Positions 48,310-57,912 of a stretch of DNA of 64,000 nucleotides are shown here, in pieces; the stretch's first letter is position 1; the number at the start of each line of letters is the position of its first letter. Position numbers and translations under genes: made by a program. Below the pieces are notes generated by a model that ran no database searches, was not told the DNA's origin, and saw nothing but the letters and a program-made list of their open reading frames with translations. This DNA is from Spirochaetia bacterium (GTDB lineage Bacteria; Spirochaetota; Spirochaetia; UBA9216): positions 1,664,001 through 1,728,000 of the forward strand of contig CAXXYH010000004.1 in the NCBI GenBank assembly GCA_963677925.2. The letters are read 5' to 3'.

Positions 48310-49698
48310 ATGAAAACATCGCTTATTTTTATTCTTATTGCCGGTTTAGCCTTCTTTTCGGGATGCGGTACCAAAAAATCCTCCACAGAACAGAAAATAG
48401 AACCCTCTGTAGAATCTCTGGGTTTCAGCTGGGAATCTCAGTCCGGTGAAGTAATAGAAGTAGAATTTAATCAGCATCCCTATTCCGAAGCTGTAATAAA
48501 GCATCTCCGGAAATTTGAGAACCTTACGGGGATTAAAGTTAATTACTCTTTCACACCTGAAGAAAACTATTTTGACAGAATAAACTACATGCTCGAATCT
48601 GAATCCGGAAATCCCGATGTCTTTATGACCGGCGCGTATCAGATTTGGGACTACAGTGCGAGAAGTCTTCTTGCTGATTTTGACGATTTCCTCGAAGACA
48701 GTCGAATCACATCCGAAGATTACGACGTGCTGGATTTCTTTCCCAACATCATAGGAGCATTCAGGTGGGATACCGTCACAGGTCATCGTCCCGGAAACGG
48801 TCCGCTCTGGGCCATTCCAATGGGATTTGAGCAGTATGTTCTTGCATACAACAAAAGAATCTTTGATGAAATGGGTCTGTCTCCGCCTGCTACGATGAAG
48901 CAGCTGCTTGAGCTCTGTTATTCACTTGATGGGTTCGGAGGTCCGGGAACTTATGCTATTGCATTGCGGGGAACGGGAAACTGGGCAACCATACATCCCG
49001 GTTTTATGACTACGTATGCCAATTACGGTGCTGTGGATTTTCTGCTTAATGACGGCAGACTTGTCTCAGCCGTAGATTCGGTACAGTCAGTGGAGATGAT
49101 CAGCAAATGGATAGAAATTATCCGGGCCGGAGCTTCTCCGCAATGGCCGTCATATACCTGGTATCATGCTTCAAAAGATTTTGGTGCCGGAAAAGCTGCA
49201 ATGCTTTTTGATGCAGATATTGTCAGTTATTTTCAGAATGTTGAGGGAGCTTCCCGTGAATCTGGAAATATAGCCTGGGTAAAAGCTCCGATGCCGGAAT
49301 CGGCGCTGGGAATGAGTTCAAAGTCAAATCTATGGGTGTGGGGGCTTGCAATTAACAGCAGGTCTAAGAGTAAAAACGCTGCATGGATGTTTGTGCAATA
49401 TTTTACAGGAAGAGAATTCCAGCTTGATGCTGCTGTCAGTGCCAAATCCGTTAATCCGCCGCGTCAATCTGTTTTCTATGATCCTGCGTTCATCGAAATG
49501 ATAAGTGAAGCTGAAACTTATCTTGAAGCTTTTAATGCAACAATTGATGGTACTTCAATTCTTTTTACTCCCGAACCCTACTTTTTTGAATTTGCGACAG
49601 AATGGGCGGAGCTCCTGCGGATGCTTGCAGAAGATGAAACTCTGTCTGTAGAGGATGAACTTATAAAGTTTAAAGAGAGAATTGATCTGCTGTTCTAA
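48310..49698 (+). CDS. Sugar ABC-type substrate-binding lipoprotein (no adjacent permeases)
   Basis: Lipobox FSGC; FENLTGIKV, YNKRIF, GKAAM, WGLAINS..KNAAW. Confidence 0.9.
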   Translation: MKTSLIFILIAGLAFFSGCGTKKSSTEQKIEPSVESLGFSWESQSGEVIEVEFNQHPYSEAVIKHLRKFENLTGIKVNYSFTPEENYFDRINYMLESESGNPDVFMTGAYQIWDYSARSLLADFDDFLEDSRITSEDYDVLDFFPNIIGAFRWDTVTGHRPGNGPLWAIPMGFEQYVLAYNKRIFDEMGLSPPATMKQLLELCYSLDGFGGPGTYAIALRGTGNWATIHPGFMTTYANYGAVDFLLNDGRLVSAVDSVQSVEMISKWIEIIRAGASPQWPSYTWYHASKDFGAGKAAMLFDADIVSYFQNVEGASRESGNIAWVKAPMPESALGMSSKSNLWVWGLAINSRSKSKNAAWMFVQYFTGREFQLDAAVSAKSVNPPRQSVFYDPAFIEMISEAETYLEAFNATIDGTSILFTPEPYFFEFATEWAELLRMLAEDETLSVEDELIKFKERIDLLF

Positions 49699-49711
49699 TT
49701 CAGGCTCTTAC

Positions 49712-50191
49712 TCAGACGGTCCGGTTTATATAGGACGAATAATCCTTGAGTACCGGTTTATAGTCAGATTTGAACAGGGGTGATGAGATCATATAGTCAG
49801 CTGTAGATCTGTTGTTTGCAATCGGTACATTATACAGAACCGCAATTCTGGTAAGTGCTTTAACATCAACATCATGGGGCTGGGGTTCCATTGGATCCCA
49901 GAGAAATATCATAATATCGATTTTCCCTTCTGATATCAGCGCTCCAAGCTGCTGATCCCCGCCGAGTGGTCCCGATTTCATCTTTTCAAGCTTCAGATCC
50001 TTCTCTGTGAAATTATTGTTTTCAGAATCTCTGGCAATTTTTGCAAGAATGGCCTGTTCAACCAGGCTTCCTGTGGTTCCAGTGCAGTAAAGTTTGTGAG
50101 GGATCAGTGTTTCCCAGTTGAATTCGACCCATTCAATAAGGTCTTTTTTCCGGTTATCGTGAGCCACAAGGGCAATTTTTTTCTGTTTCAT
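49712..50191 (-). CDS. mgsA: Methylglyoxal synthase
   Basis: IALVAHDNRK, TGTTG, SGPLGGDQQ, PHDVDVKAL. Confidence 0.96.
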   Translation of the reverse strand: MKQKKIALVAHDNRKKDLIEWVEFNWETLIPHKLYCTGTTGSLVEQAILAKIARDSENNNFTEKDLKLEKMKSGPLGGDQQLGALISEGKIDIMIFLWDPMEPQPHDVDVKALTRIAVLYNVPIANNRSTADYMISSPLFKSDYKPVLKDYSSYINRTV

Positions 50192-50219
50192 GATTGAATA
50201 ATAACCCCTAAGGTTTTAT

Positions 50220-51287
50220 CTATTCAACCTCAATCCGGTTCCTTCCGAGGCTTTTTGCCCTGTAAAGGGCCTTGTCGGCACGGCTGAACATAGTATCCAG
50301 CCTGTCTCCTGCAAGACCTTCAGTGAGACCGATGCTGACCGTTATTTGGCGGCCAATCCCGAAGTTGTATTTTGAGACTGTTTCAAGGATACGGCCTGCA
50401 ACAATCAAACCTGCATCCAGATCCTGTCCGGTGAGGATGGCTATAAACTCCTCACCGCCCCATCGGTAGGAGGAATCGCCCTCTCTCAGGCTGCTGTCAA
50501 GAAGGACTGAAAACTCCTTTAAAACGCGATCGCCCTCTTCATGTCCGAAATCATCATTGACCGATTTAAAGAGATCAAGGTCTATTATCATCATTGTCCG
50601 TACAGTTTCCGATGTAAGGCCGCGGGTATATAATTCTTCAAGTTTTCTGCGGTTGGCCAGTCCGGTAAGCGGATCTGTCAGCGCCAGGGCTTCAAGCTTC
50701 TGCGATTCGTGAATTTCCTTCTCAATGATTCTTGTGACAAAATCGGCTGTAAGAGTAAAAATAATTCCGCTTGCTATGGCATAAAGGGTCTGGGTAAAGG
50801 CTGATTCCGGAAGTCTTCCCATACGGATGTAGTATGAAACAATAAACGGACGGCAGATCAGCAGAATATTGAAATAGGTATAGATGAAATAAGTCTGAAT
50901 TCTGTAAAGGAAAATTACGCTGATTGCCAGTACGACCAGATAGTACTGAGAGTAGAAGTGCACCGATTCGGGAATAAAAAAGACCTGAATCCCCCTGAGG
51001 CAGCCCAGTGCGGTAAGGGCCCAAGATATAAATTTAATTTTTCCGGTTCTGAGAATAATGATTAATGTAAGGATAATGAGGTAGTAGAGAAAGTAGGACA
51101 GAATTTCAATGGGTTTAACATCAGTAGTGATAAAATCAATAATTATAGTCGGTATGATGTACAGCAGCAGAAGCAGCATAAAGGCTGATGAGTATTCGGC
51201 CTTTCTTCTTTCATAGAAGCTGTAGCCATCGTATCTTCCGAGTATAAATCTGCTCCATTTTTCACGGATCTGCCTTAAAAAATCCAT
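50220..51287 (-). CDS. Membrane GGDEF diguanylate cyclase
   Basis: TDPLTGLANRR, DLDLFKSVND..GH, RWGGEEF. Start at ATG 51287, 7 nt after TTGATT-17-TATAGT. Confidence 0.92.
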   Translation of the reverse strand: MDFLRQIREKWSRFILGRYDGYSFYERRKAEYSSAFMLLLLLYIIPTIIIDFITTDVKPIEILSYFLYYLIILTLIIILRTGKIKFISWALTALGCLRGIQVFFIPESVHFYSQYYLVVLAISVIFLYRIQTYFIYTYFNILLICRPFIVSYYIRMGRLPESAFTQTLYAIASGIIFTLTADFVTRIIEKEIHESQKLEALALTDPLTGLANRRKLEELYTRGLTSETVRTMMIIDLDLFKSVNDDFGHEEGDRVLKEFSVLLDSSLREGDSSYRWGGEEFIAILTGQDLDAGLIVAGRILETVSKYNFGIGRQITVSIGLTEGLAGDRLDTMFSRADKALYRAKSLGRNRIEVE

Positions 51288-51373
51288 TAAAACAACTATA
51301 AACCAATATGCAGTGCTAATCAATTTGTTAAAGTTTATAGCTAATTGTTATGAAGTTTATGCAGTAATTGAAT

Positions 51374-51402
51374 TAGACAGCAGGTATCCCATAATTTATA
51401 AT
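51374..51402 (+). promoter_or_regulatory. Promoter of the permease-amidohydrolase pair
   Basis: TAGACA-17-TATAAT; AGGAG SD before 51432. Confidence 0.65.
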
Positions 51403-51431
51403 TGCCGGAGTCTATTTTATAGGAGAAGTGA

Positions 51432-52742
51432 ATGCTTTCTGTTCTGGGAATTGTTTGTGCAATAGTGTTTTTAAGTGTGGCAATTTATAAGGGGCTGAAT
51501 CCTGCCATCGCAGCCTTTGTCGGAACTCTGATGATTGTGGTAACCGGTGCTTCGGGGGTGACCCGGGGCTGGAATGACGCTATGGGTATGGCCGGCGGTG
51601 TTTTCACGATGATGGGACCTCTTTTCATCCTCGGCGGCATAATGGGGCTGCTCTACGCAAGATCAGGCGCCATTAAATCACTTGCAGATTTTCTGATGGC
51701 TCCGGTTGATAAAATCAATGAAGGCAGAGGCCGTTACTTTGCTGTAATCTGGGTTATCATCCTTGTGAGATTTCTACTTGGTCTGGCCGGTATAAGTGCC
51801 GGTGCGGATATCCCTACCATGACAGCAATGGGTGTTGTTGCCTTCAGGAAGGCTAACATGCCCAGCAAGTATATTCCTGCTCTTATAATGATTGCATCAA
51901 GTATCGGAAACCTTATTCCCGGAACTCCGACTATTGTAAACATGATGCTTGAAAAGTTCATCCCTGACTTTACAACAGGAAGTATGATGGTTCTTCGTCT
52001 TGTTATGATGCTTCTCTGGCTTCTGCTGAGTTCAATGCTCCTCACATACAAGGTTGACAAGGATGTTAAAGCCGGTTACCGGTATACTGAGGTTGAATTC
52101 AGGGTGCCTGAAGAATTTGGACCGAGAAAACCTCACTGGATTCTCTCACTTATTCCCCTTTTTGCAGTTTTCGGAACATACAACTACTTCCATCTTCAGG
52201 GATGGCAGGCTCTGATGATTGGCGCCCTGCTTTCAGCTGTGATGTTCGGCCCCTTCATGGTTGCAGAAGAAGGGAAAACAAAATTCGGTACTGTTATTTC
52301 AACCATGAATACAGGAACCCTGGCTCTTCCTCTTGCTTTCATGATGATTATGGTTCCTGCCATGGCTATGGCCACATCTTCAGGAATGCAGATTATTACT
52401 GATTTCCTCGGAGCAAGCGGAATGCCTGTTACCCTTATAATGATTATACTCTGTCTCATCATGATGGGATTTGCCGGGCCTTCAGGTGCCGCGGTTGTCG
52501 GAACTCTTTACCTCTCAATCGGAGCTCCTGCAGGAATGAGCGGACTTGGAATAGCTCTTATTGCAATCTGGAGTTCTCAGGTATTTGACTCACTTCCGAA
52601 CAATCCATCTGTTCCGCTCTGTGCAAGTATGATGGGATTGTCGGTTAAGGAAATTTATCCGAGTATATTCCAGACGACAGTTATCCTGACTTTTGTAATG
52701 ACTGTAGCGGCTGCAATTATTGCAGGACTTGGACTTGTATAA
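51432..52742 (+). CDS. GntP/ion-transporter superfamily permease
   Basis: Highly hydrophobic; LFILGGIMG...SGA, IPGTP...N, FDSLPNN motifs. Confidence 0.75.
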   Translation: MLSVLGIVCAIVFLSVAIYKGLNPAIAAFVGTLMIVVTGASGVTRGWNDAMGMAGGVFTMMGPLFILGGIMGLLYARSGAIKSLADFLMAPVDKINEGRGRYFAVIWVIILVRFLLGLAGISAGADIPTMTAMGVVAFRKANMPSKYIPALIMIASSIGNLIPGTPTIVNMMLEKFIPDFTTGSMMVLRLVMMLLWLLLSSMLLTYKVDKDVKAGYRYTEVEFRVPEEFGPRKPHWILSLIPLFAVFGTYNYFHLQGWQALMIGALLSAVMFGPFMVAEEGKTKFGTVISTMNTGTLALPLAFMMIMVPAMAMATSSGMQIITDFLGASGMPVTLIMIILCLIMMGFAGPSGAAVVGTLYLSIGAPAGMSGLGIALIAIWSSQVFDSLPNNPSVPLCASMMGLSVKEIYPSIFQTTVILTFVMTVAAAIIAGLGLV

Positions 52743-52754
52743 TATTCTGCAGCG

Positions 52755-53933
52755 ATGAAAAAGATTCTACTTAAAAATGCGGCTGTCCATGATGCTCTCA
52801 ACTGGGGAATGACTTCGGATATTCTTGTTGAGGGTGATGTAATTGCAGAACTCGGAACAGGGCTTTCCGGTGATATTGAAATTGATATGAAGGGGGCAGC
52901 TGTGCTGCCCGGCTTCTTTGATGCCCATGTTCATCTTGTTAGCGGTGATGAAAAGCTTTCCGATGAAGCCCTGAGGCAGTGGGCTTTTAACGGGGTAACG
53001 ACAGTAAGGGATATGGGGTTCGGCGGAAAGCAGAGTCTTGAAGATTTCATGAACTGGGTCAATAAAACTTCCGCCTCTGAGCAGATGAGTAAATGTCCTG
53101 CGGCCGGACGCTTTGTAACCGCCCTGCACGGCTACGGGCATATAATGGGCGGCCACGAAAACGGAATTCCGGTAGGATTTCCGGACGAGGCGAGGGCTGC
53201 AGTGCGGAAGCTTTATTCGCTCGGCGCCTCAGGCATAAAGACTGCAGCAGACAGGGAGCCCGGCAGGGATGACACTCCGGTTCTTTCAACAGAGACCTTT
53301 GCCGCGATTGCTGATGAATGTGAAAAGCTTGGAATCTGGTGCGGTGCACATGTTCTGTCTGCTGATTTTCTTCCTTTGCTGGTGGAAGCAGGCATTCCGG
53401 AGATGGCTCATATTCCGCTTGATCATATACCGGATGAACTGCTTGATGAAATGGTGCGCAAGGAAATCTATATAACACCTACGCTCCAGCCCATCAATGC
53501 CCCAAGGCCGCCGCTGCCTCCGGGAGAACTTCCGCCCGAAATGAAGAAGATTATCGAAGCAATGTCAAAGATTGATACGGCCGAACAGGAGCGTATTGCC
53601 ATAGATAATGTTAAACGCTTCTTTAAGAAAGGCGGAAGGGTCGCCTTCGGAACTGATACAATGCGTATGCAGGGAAGTCCCGAGGTTCAGGGAATTGCTG
53701 TAAAGGAACTTCAGCTGCTGCATAAAGCCGGACTTTCGGTGAAAGATGCGGTAACAGCAGCTACGCTTAACTCCGCCCATGTATGTAAAATGGATAAGAC
53801 TCACGGAACCATTGAAACCGGTAAAAAAGCGGATATAATTGCCGTCGGTTCCGTGATCGATGAGACCTTTGAAGCCTTCAGCAGCATCACTTTTGTCATG
53901 AACAAAGGCGTTATAATAAGACAGGAATTATAA
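52755..53933 (+). CDS. Metal-dependent amidohydrolase (prolidase-like subgroup)
   Basis: LPGFFDAHVH, GVTTVRDMG, GAH, AH, FGTD, GTIETGKKADII. Confidence 0.9.
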   Translation: MKKILLKNAAVHDALNWGMTSDILVEGDVIAELGTGLSGDIEIDMKGAAVLPGFFDAHVHLVSGDEKLSDEALRQWAFNGVTTVRDMGFGGKQSLEDFMNWVNKTSASEQMSKCPAAGRFVTALHGYGHIMGGHENGIPVGFPDEARAAVRKLYSLGASGIKTAADREPGRDDTPVLSTETFAAIADECEKLGIWCGAHVLSADFLPLLVEAGIPEMAHIPLDHIPDELLDEMVRKEIYITPTLQPINAPRPPLPPGELPPEMKKIIEAMSKIDTAEQERIAIDNVKRFFKKGGRVAFGTDTMRMQGSPEVQGIAVKELQLLHKAGLSVKDAVTAATLNSAHVCKMDKTHGTIETGKKADIIAVGSVIDETFEAFSSITFVMNKGVIIRQEL

Positions 53934-54605
53934 AAGTTCCTGTACTTTCTTTTTATAAACAGGAGCCCGGGATCCTGAAAAACCGGAAAGTACGAACCAG
54001 ACCAGCTGCAGTATCCCGAAAATTATTGTTAAATTTGTCAGGATCGGAATAACTGTAATGATGCCGACGCTCCCTATGATTATTCCGAATATACCCATAA
54101 AATTGGAAAAATGATCATCCGTAAACATGGCAATACCGAAACATAGTGTCATTAGTCCACCGAGAATCTCACCATTTCCGTTTCCGATAGCAGTAGCAAC
54201 AGTATCCAGTATCTGCCATAAATACACTGCCTGTTCCTGGTTTTCAGCAAAAAGTCCTGAAACAGGCCCTATTGCCGCATTTGTTATCATTCCGCTTGCC
54301 GTGAGGGAGCCCGCCCAGATGAATCCGATTACTGATGCGAACCTTACAGGAAGTGTTTCGCGATTTGCCATTCGGGATTTCAGGAATAGAATAAACAAAA
54401 CCAGAACCGGTCCAAAAAGAACGTACATAAGTAAATGGCAAATGAAAAATATCGATTTCATTTCTGCAATCATTTTGACTTTTTCAATTTCATCAGTAAT
54501 GGCTGGATATTTCAGAACTGCGACAAATATGATTATTCCGGCCAGATAGGCTGATGCGAGATACAGGCTGGCAGCCTTTCCGATAATGTGTTGGTTAGCT
54601 TTCAT
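53928..54605 (-). CDS. Membrane protein (DUF4386-like)
   Basis: About six TM segments; GNGNGEILGG motif; AGGAG SD. Confidence 0.7.
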   Translation of the reverse strand: MKANQHIIGKAASLYLASAYLAGIIIFVAVLKYPAITDEIEKVKMIAEMKSIFFICHLLMYVLFGPVLVLFILFLKSRMANRETLPVRFASVIGFIWAGSLTASGMITNAAIGPVSGLFAENQEQAVYLWQILDTVATAIGNGNGEILGGLMTLCFGIAMFTDDHFSNFMGIFGIIIGSVGIITVIPILTNLTIIFGILQLVWFVLSGFSGSRAPVYKKKVQELL

Positions 54606-54673
54606 ATAAACATCTCCTGCGCTATATTTGATTTATTAATATTTAATGTACAGGCGCAGGTCCGGATAATCCA

Positions 54674-54687
54674 TTGACTTTGGTTAA
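54674..54687 (-). promoter_or_regulatory. Crp/Fnr-type box upstream of the membrane protein gene
   Basis: TTAACCAAAGTCAA (TTRAC-N4-GTYAA), centred about -42 relative to a promoter with -10 TACATT at 54650-54645. Confidence 0.65.
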
Positions 54688-54700
54688 GAAAGAACGGGTA

Positions 54701-55276
54701 TTATATTCTTTTAGAGATTCTTTTTCGAATCCGGCTGAGCGATTCAGGTTTTATTCCGAGGTAGCTGGCTATCTGATACTGAGGAACCCTTTGTATAAGC
54801 TCAGGTTTTCTTTGAACCAGATTTTGATAGCGCTCTTCCGGGGTAGATGTTTTAAAATCATCAAAGGATTCTTTATATTCAATCATCATCTTATCAGCAA
54901 TAATTCTCGACATTGTTTCAAGCTGCGGATATTTTAGATACATGTCTTCTTCAACCTCCGGAGTTCCTATAACTGCAACAGTGTCTTCAAGACATTCCAG
55001 CGTAATATCTGAGGCTGTCTTTTTTCCATAACTTGACGGCGTGACTGAATGTTCTTCCAGATAAAAATCAACAGTGACTTCTTCATCTTTTTTCAGGCAA
55101 TAGCTGCGGATTAATCCTTTCAGAATAAAATAACATTCATTACAGAAATCTCCCTGCCTGAGCAGAACTGTCCCTCTGGGGAATTCTTTGATAAAGAGAT
55201 TTTCTTCTAAAGCCTTTTCCAGTTCCGAGTTGATTTCTATATATTTTGACAGGTAATGGACAAGATTATTTTTCAT
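54701..55276 (-). CDS. Crp/Fnr family transcriptional regulator
   Basis: LLRQGD...YFILKGLIRSY; TPEERY; VPQYQIASYLGIKPESLSRIR. Confidence 0.93.
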   Translation of the reverse strand: MKNNLVHYLSKYIEINSELEKALEENLFIKEFPRGTVLLRQGDFCNECYFILKGLIRSYCLKKDEEVTVDFYLEEHSVTPSSYGKKTASDITLECLEDTVAVIGTPEVEEDMYLKYPQLETMSRIIADKMMIEYKESFDDFKTSTPEERYQNLVQRKPELIQRVPQYQIASYLGIKPESLSRIRKRISKRI

Positions 55277-55411
55277 ATTAATACAAAAAACTCCTCCATT
55301 TCAAAAGGTTACTTTATACACCTATCATAGACCTATTTATGGTCCAGGTCATCCCGTAAAGGCTTCAGTTTTTAATTATGAGCAAATTTATAAGAAAAAA
55401 ATATCTTTTTA

Positions 55412-55441
55412 TTGACATATAGAGAATCCCGTACATAGAAT
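55412..55441 (+). promoter_or_regulatory. Probable promoter of the Mrp-Mbx operon
   Basis: TTGACA-18-TAGAAT. Confidence 0.6.
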
Positions 55442-55543
55442 GATATATATGTATCGATATAAATTTGCACTTTAAAATGACATCAACTAAGCTGAAAGTA
55501 TATCGTTCTGATTCATTCAATAAAAAGATACGGGGGGAATAAT

Positions 55544-56035
55544 GTGAGGGTAAAAGCCGCATTCGTATCGCTGGTACTCGGCTTCCTGATTTGGCTGGGT
55601 ATAAACAGCAGCATGAAAACCGATGTATTAACTGCAGGTATAATTATCACAGTTATAACATCGCTTTTCTATCTCGGCTCGGGCATGTTTACAGAAGTCA
55701 GGCTGACGCCGAGGGCTCTGGCAGCTCTGATTGCCTGGATAGTCGTTTTTCTGATAGAGCTGATCAAATCAAATATTGACGTGATGTCCAGGGTTGTAAC
55801 TCCGAAGGTCAGGATAAATCCTGCAATCGTGGAAGTTAAAACAAAACTGAAATCACCGCTTGGCAGGCTTGCTCTTGCCAATTCCATCACTCTGACTCCG
55901 GGTACCCTTACTGCGGATATTGTCGGAGACACTTTATTCATTCACTGGATTGATGCCTCAAGTACTGATGTTGAAGGTGCTACAGAGAAGATTGTAGCCA
56001 AATTCGAACGGCATCTGGAGGTGCTCTTTGGCTGA
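55544..56035 (+). CDS. Na+/H+ antiporter subunit E-like (MbxA/MrpE)
   Basis: PAIVEV, LANSITLTPGT, LFIHWID. Confidence 0.92.
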   Translation: MRVKAAFVSLVLGFLIWLGINSSMKTDVLTAGIIITVITSLFYLGSGMFTEVRLTPRALAALIAWIVVFLIELIKSNIDVMSRVVTPKVRINPAIVEVKTKLKSPLGRLALANSITLTPGTLTADIVGDTLFIHWIDASSTDVEGATEKIVAKFERHLEVLFG

Positions 56036-56288
56036 CAAAATTATTTTAATAGCGGCGCTTATTACTTTGTTAAGCGTATTCATCTCGCTTATAAGGTTTA
56101 TTAAAGGCCCCACAGTTCTGGACAGGCTTGTAGCATTCGATGCAATAAGCATCATGGCTATTTCTGTGATAGTTATGCTTGCCTGGATGGTCAAAAGGTT
56201 TATCTATGTTGACGTTGCCCTTGTTTACGGCCTGCTCAGCTTTCTGGGTGTGCTGGTAGTTGCAAGATATTTTGAGAGGGGGCTGTAA
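56028..56288 (+). CDS. Antiporter subunit F-like (MbxB/MrpF)
   Basis: RFIKGPTVLDRLVAFD, DVALVYGLLSFLG...ARY. Confidence 0.92.
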   Translation: MADKIILIAALITLLSVFISLIRFIKGPTVLDRLVAFDAISIMAISVIVMLAWMVKRFIYVDVALVYGLLSFLGVLVVARYFERGL

Positions 56289-56629
56289 TGGAATTAGCCG
56301 GTTCAATTCTTGTACTTATCGGTTCGCTGGTATTTTTTCTGAGTGCTCTCGGAATTATCAGAATGCCTGATGTTTACAACCGTATTCAGACAGGTACGAA
56401 GGCAACTACGCTTGGTACCATTTTTGTCATGATCGGCATTTCTCTTATCCTTCCAGGCTGGGCTCCGAAGCTTGCTGTGCTGATTATTTTTATCATTCTG
56501 ACTAACCCTGTTTCCTCTCATGTTGTTGCCAGGGCAGCCCACTTTAATAAAGAACCCATGACAATACTTACAGTTGAAGACAGGATGGAGGATATGGAAA
56601 GTATCGAAACTGAAGGAGAGAAGGTATGA
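56288..56629 (+). CDS. Antiporter subunit G-like (MbxC/MrpG)
   Basis: RMPDVYNRI...KATTLG, TNPVSSH..ARAA. Confidence 0.92.
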   Translation: MELAGSILVLIGSLVFFLSALGIIRMPDVYNRIQTGTKATTLGTIFVMIGISLILPGWAPKLAVLIIFIILTNPVSSHVVARAAHFNKEPMTILTVEDRMEDMESIETEGEKV

Positions 56630-56868
56630 ATATAATTTTCATTGTTATTGCAGCTATGACGATTATTACCGCTCTCACCGCGGTTATAGTTAAAGACAGG
56701 ATAGTAGCAATACTTGCTGCAGGAGCTGTCGGTCTGTTTGCTGCAATTCTATTCATTATAATGGCCGCGCCTGATGTTGCCATGACCGAGGCCGCCATAG
56801 GCAGCGGTCTTACAACCTTTATATTCTTTTTCGCTCTGAAAAAGATAAGGGGGCGCAACGATGGTTAA
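56626..56868 (+). CDS. DUF4040 subunit (MbxD-like)
   Basis: APDVAMTEAAIGSG. Confidence 0.9.
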   Translation: MNIIFIVIAAMTIITALTAVIVKDRIVAILAAGAVGLFAAILFIIMAAPDVAMTEAAIGSGLTTFIFFFALKKIRGRNDG

Positions 56869-57565
56869 AAAGGGGTTTCTTCTTTTATTGATTGTTGCGG
56901 TGGCCGTCATTTTCTCCGGATATATTCTGCAGTATTCGGAAAAATCCGAGCTGCCGGCTGTTTCTTCCCATTATCTTACGGAAGGACCTGAGGAACTGGG
57001 CTCTGCAAACATTGTGACATCTGTAGTTGTTACCTACCGCGGACTTGATACTCTGGGTGAGGTTACCATCCTTTTTGCCGCCTCCACTGTAGTTGGTCTG
57101 CTTATCCATCTGAATAAAAACGAGAACCGCAGAAGAAGGGAGGGAAGTGAACTGCTTAAAACCTCTTCCAGACTCCTTTTTCCGCTTCTGCTCATGTTCG
57201 GAATATACGTTTTTATAAACGGACATCTCAGTCCGGGCGGAGGTTTCCAGGGCGGTGCAATTATTGCTTCGGCAATAGTCCTCAGGGTGCTTGCCGAACC
57301 TAACCGGAAGACCGGTCATACAGTTATGTCTGTGATTGAATCACTTTCCGGCCTTGCCTATATCGGAATAGGTGCCGCCGGAGCACTGCTGATTGTGAAC
57401 GGCTTTCTTGACAATAGACTGATTCCACTTGGAGCCTACGGCAGCCTGTTCAGTGCAGGTTTAATTCCTGTGATCTACTCTGTTGTCGGCCTGAAGGTTG
57501 GATCTGAGCTGAGTTCGGTAGTTGTTACACTCAATGGTGAATCAACAGAGGAGGCGGCAGAATGA
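56861..57565 (+). CDS. MnhB/MrpB-domain subunit (MbxE/F-like)
   Basis: NIVTSVVVTYRGLDTLGE, GHLSPGGGFQGG. Confidence 0.92.
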   Translation: MVKKGFLLLLIVAVAVIFSGYILQYSEKSELPAVSSHYLTEGPEELGSANIVTSVVVTYRGLDTLGEVTILFAASTVVGLLIHLNKNENRRRREGSELLKTSSRLLFPLLLMFGIYVFINGHLSPGGGFQGGAIIASAIVLRVLAEPNRKTGHTVMSVIESLSGLAYIGIGAAGALLIVNGFLDNRLIPLGAYGSLFSAGLIPVIYSVVGLKVGSELSSVVVTLNGESTEEAAE

Positions 57566-57912
57566 TAGGTACTGCAGCACTTGTAACCGGAGTCCTTCTG
57601 TTTCTTATAGGGTTATGGGGAGTTCTTACAAATAAAGACATTATCCGTATAACTGTAGGATTCACAATATTTGATGTCGGAATTCACCTGATAATGATAA
57701 GTGCCGGCTATGTAACAGGAGGTACTGCGCCAATTATATCAAGTCTTTCGGAAATCGGGGCAGAATATGTCGACCCGGTTCCGCAGGCCCTTGTTCTTAC
57801 GGCAATCGTTATCGGTCTTGGAATCACAGCCTTTATGCTTACATATGCTGTGAGCATGTACAATAAAAAGGGAAGTCTTGAAATAGACAGGTTCGAGGAG
57901 CTCAAATGGTAA
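57562..57912 (+). CDS. Antiporter subunit C-like (MbxG/MrpC/NuoK)
   Basis: DPVPQALVLTAIVIG. Confidence 0.92.
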   Translation: MIGTAALVTGVLLFLIGLWGVLTNKDIIRITVGFTIFDVGIHLIMISAGYVTGGTAPIISSLSEIGAEYVDPVPQALVLTAIVIGLGITAFMLTYAVSMYNKKGSLEIDRFEELKW

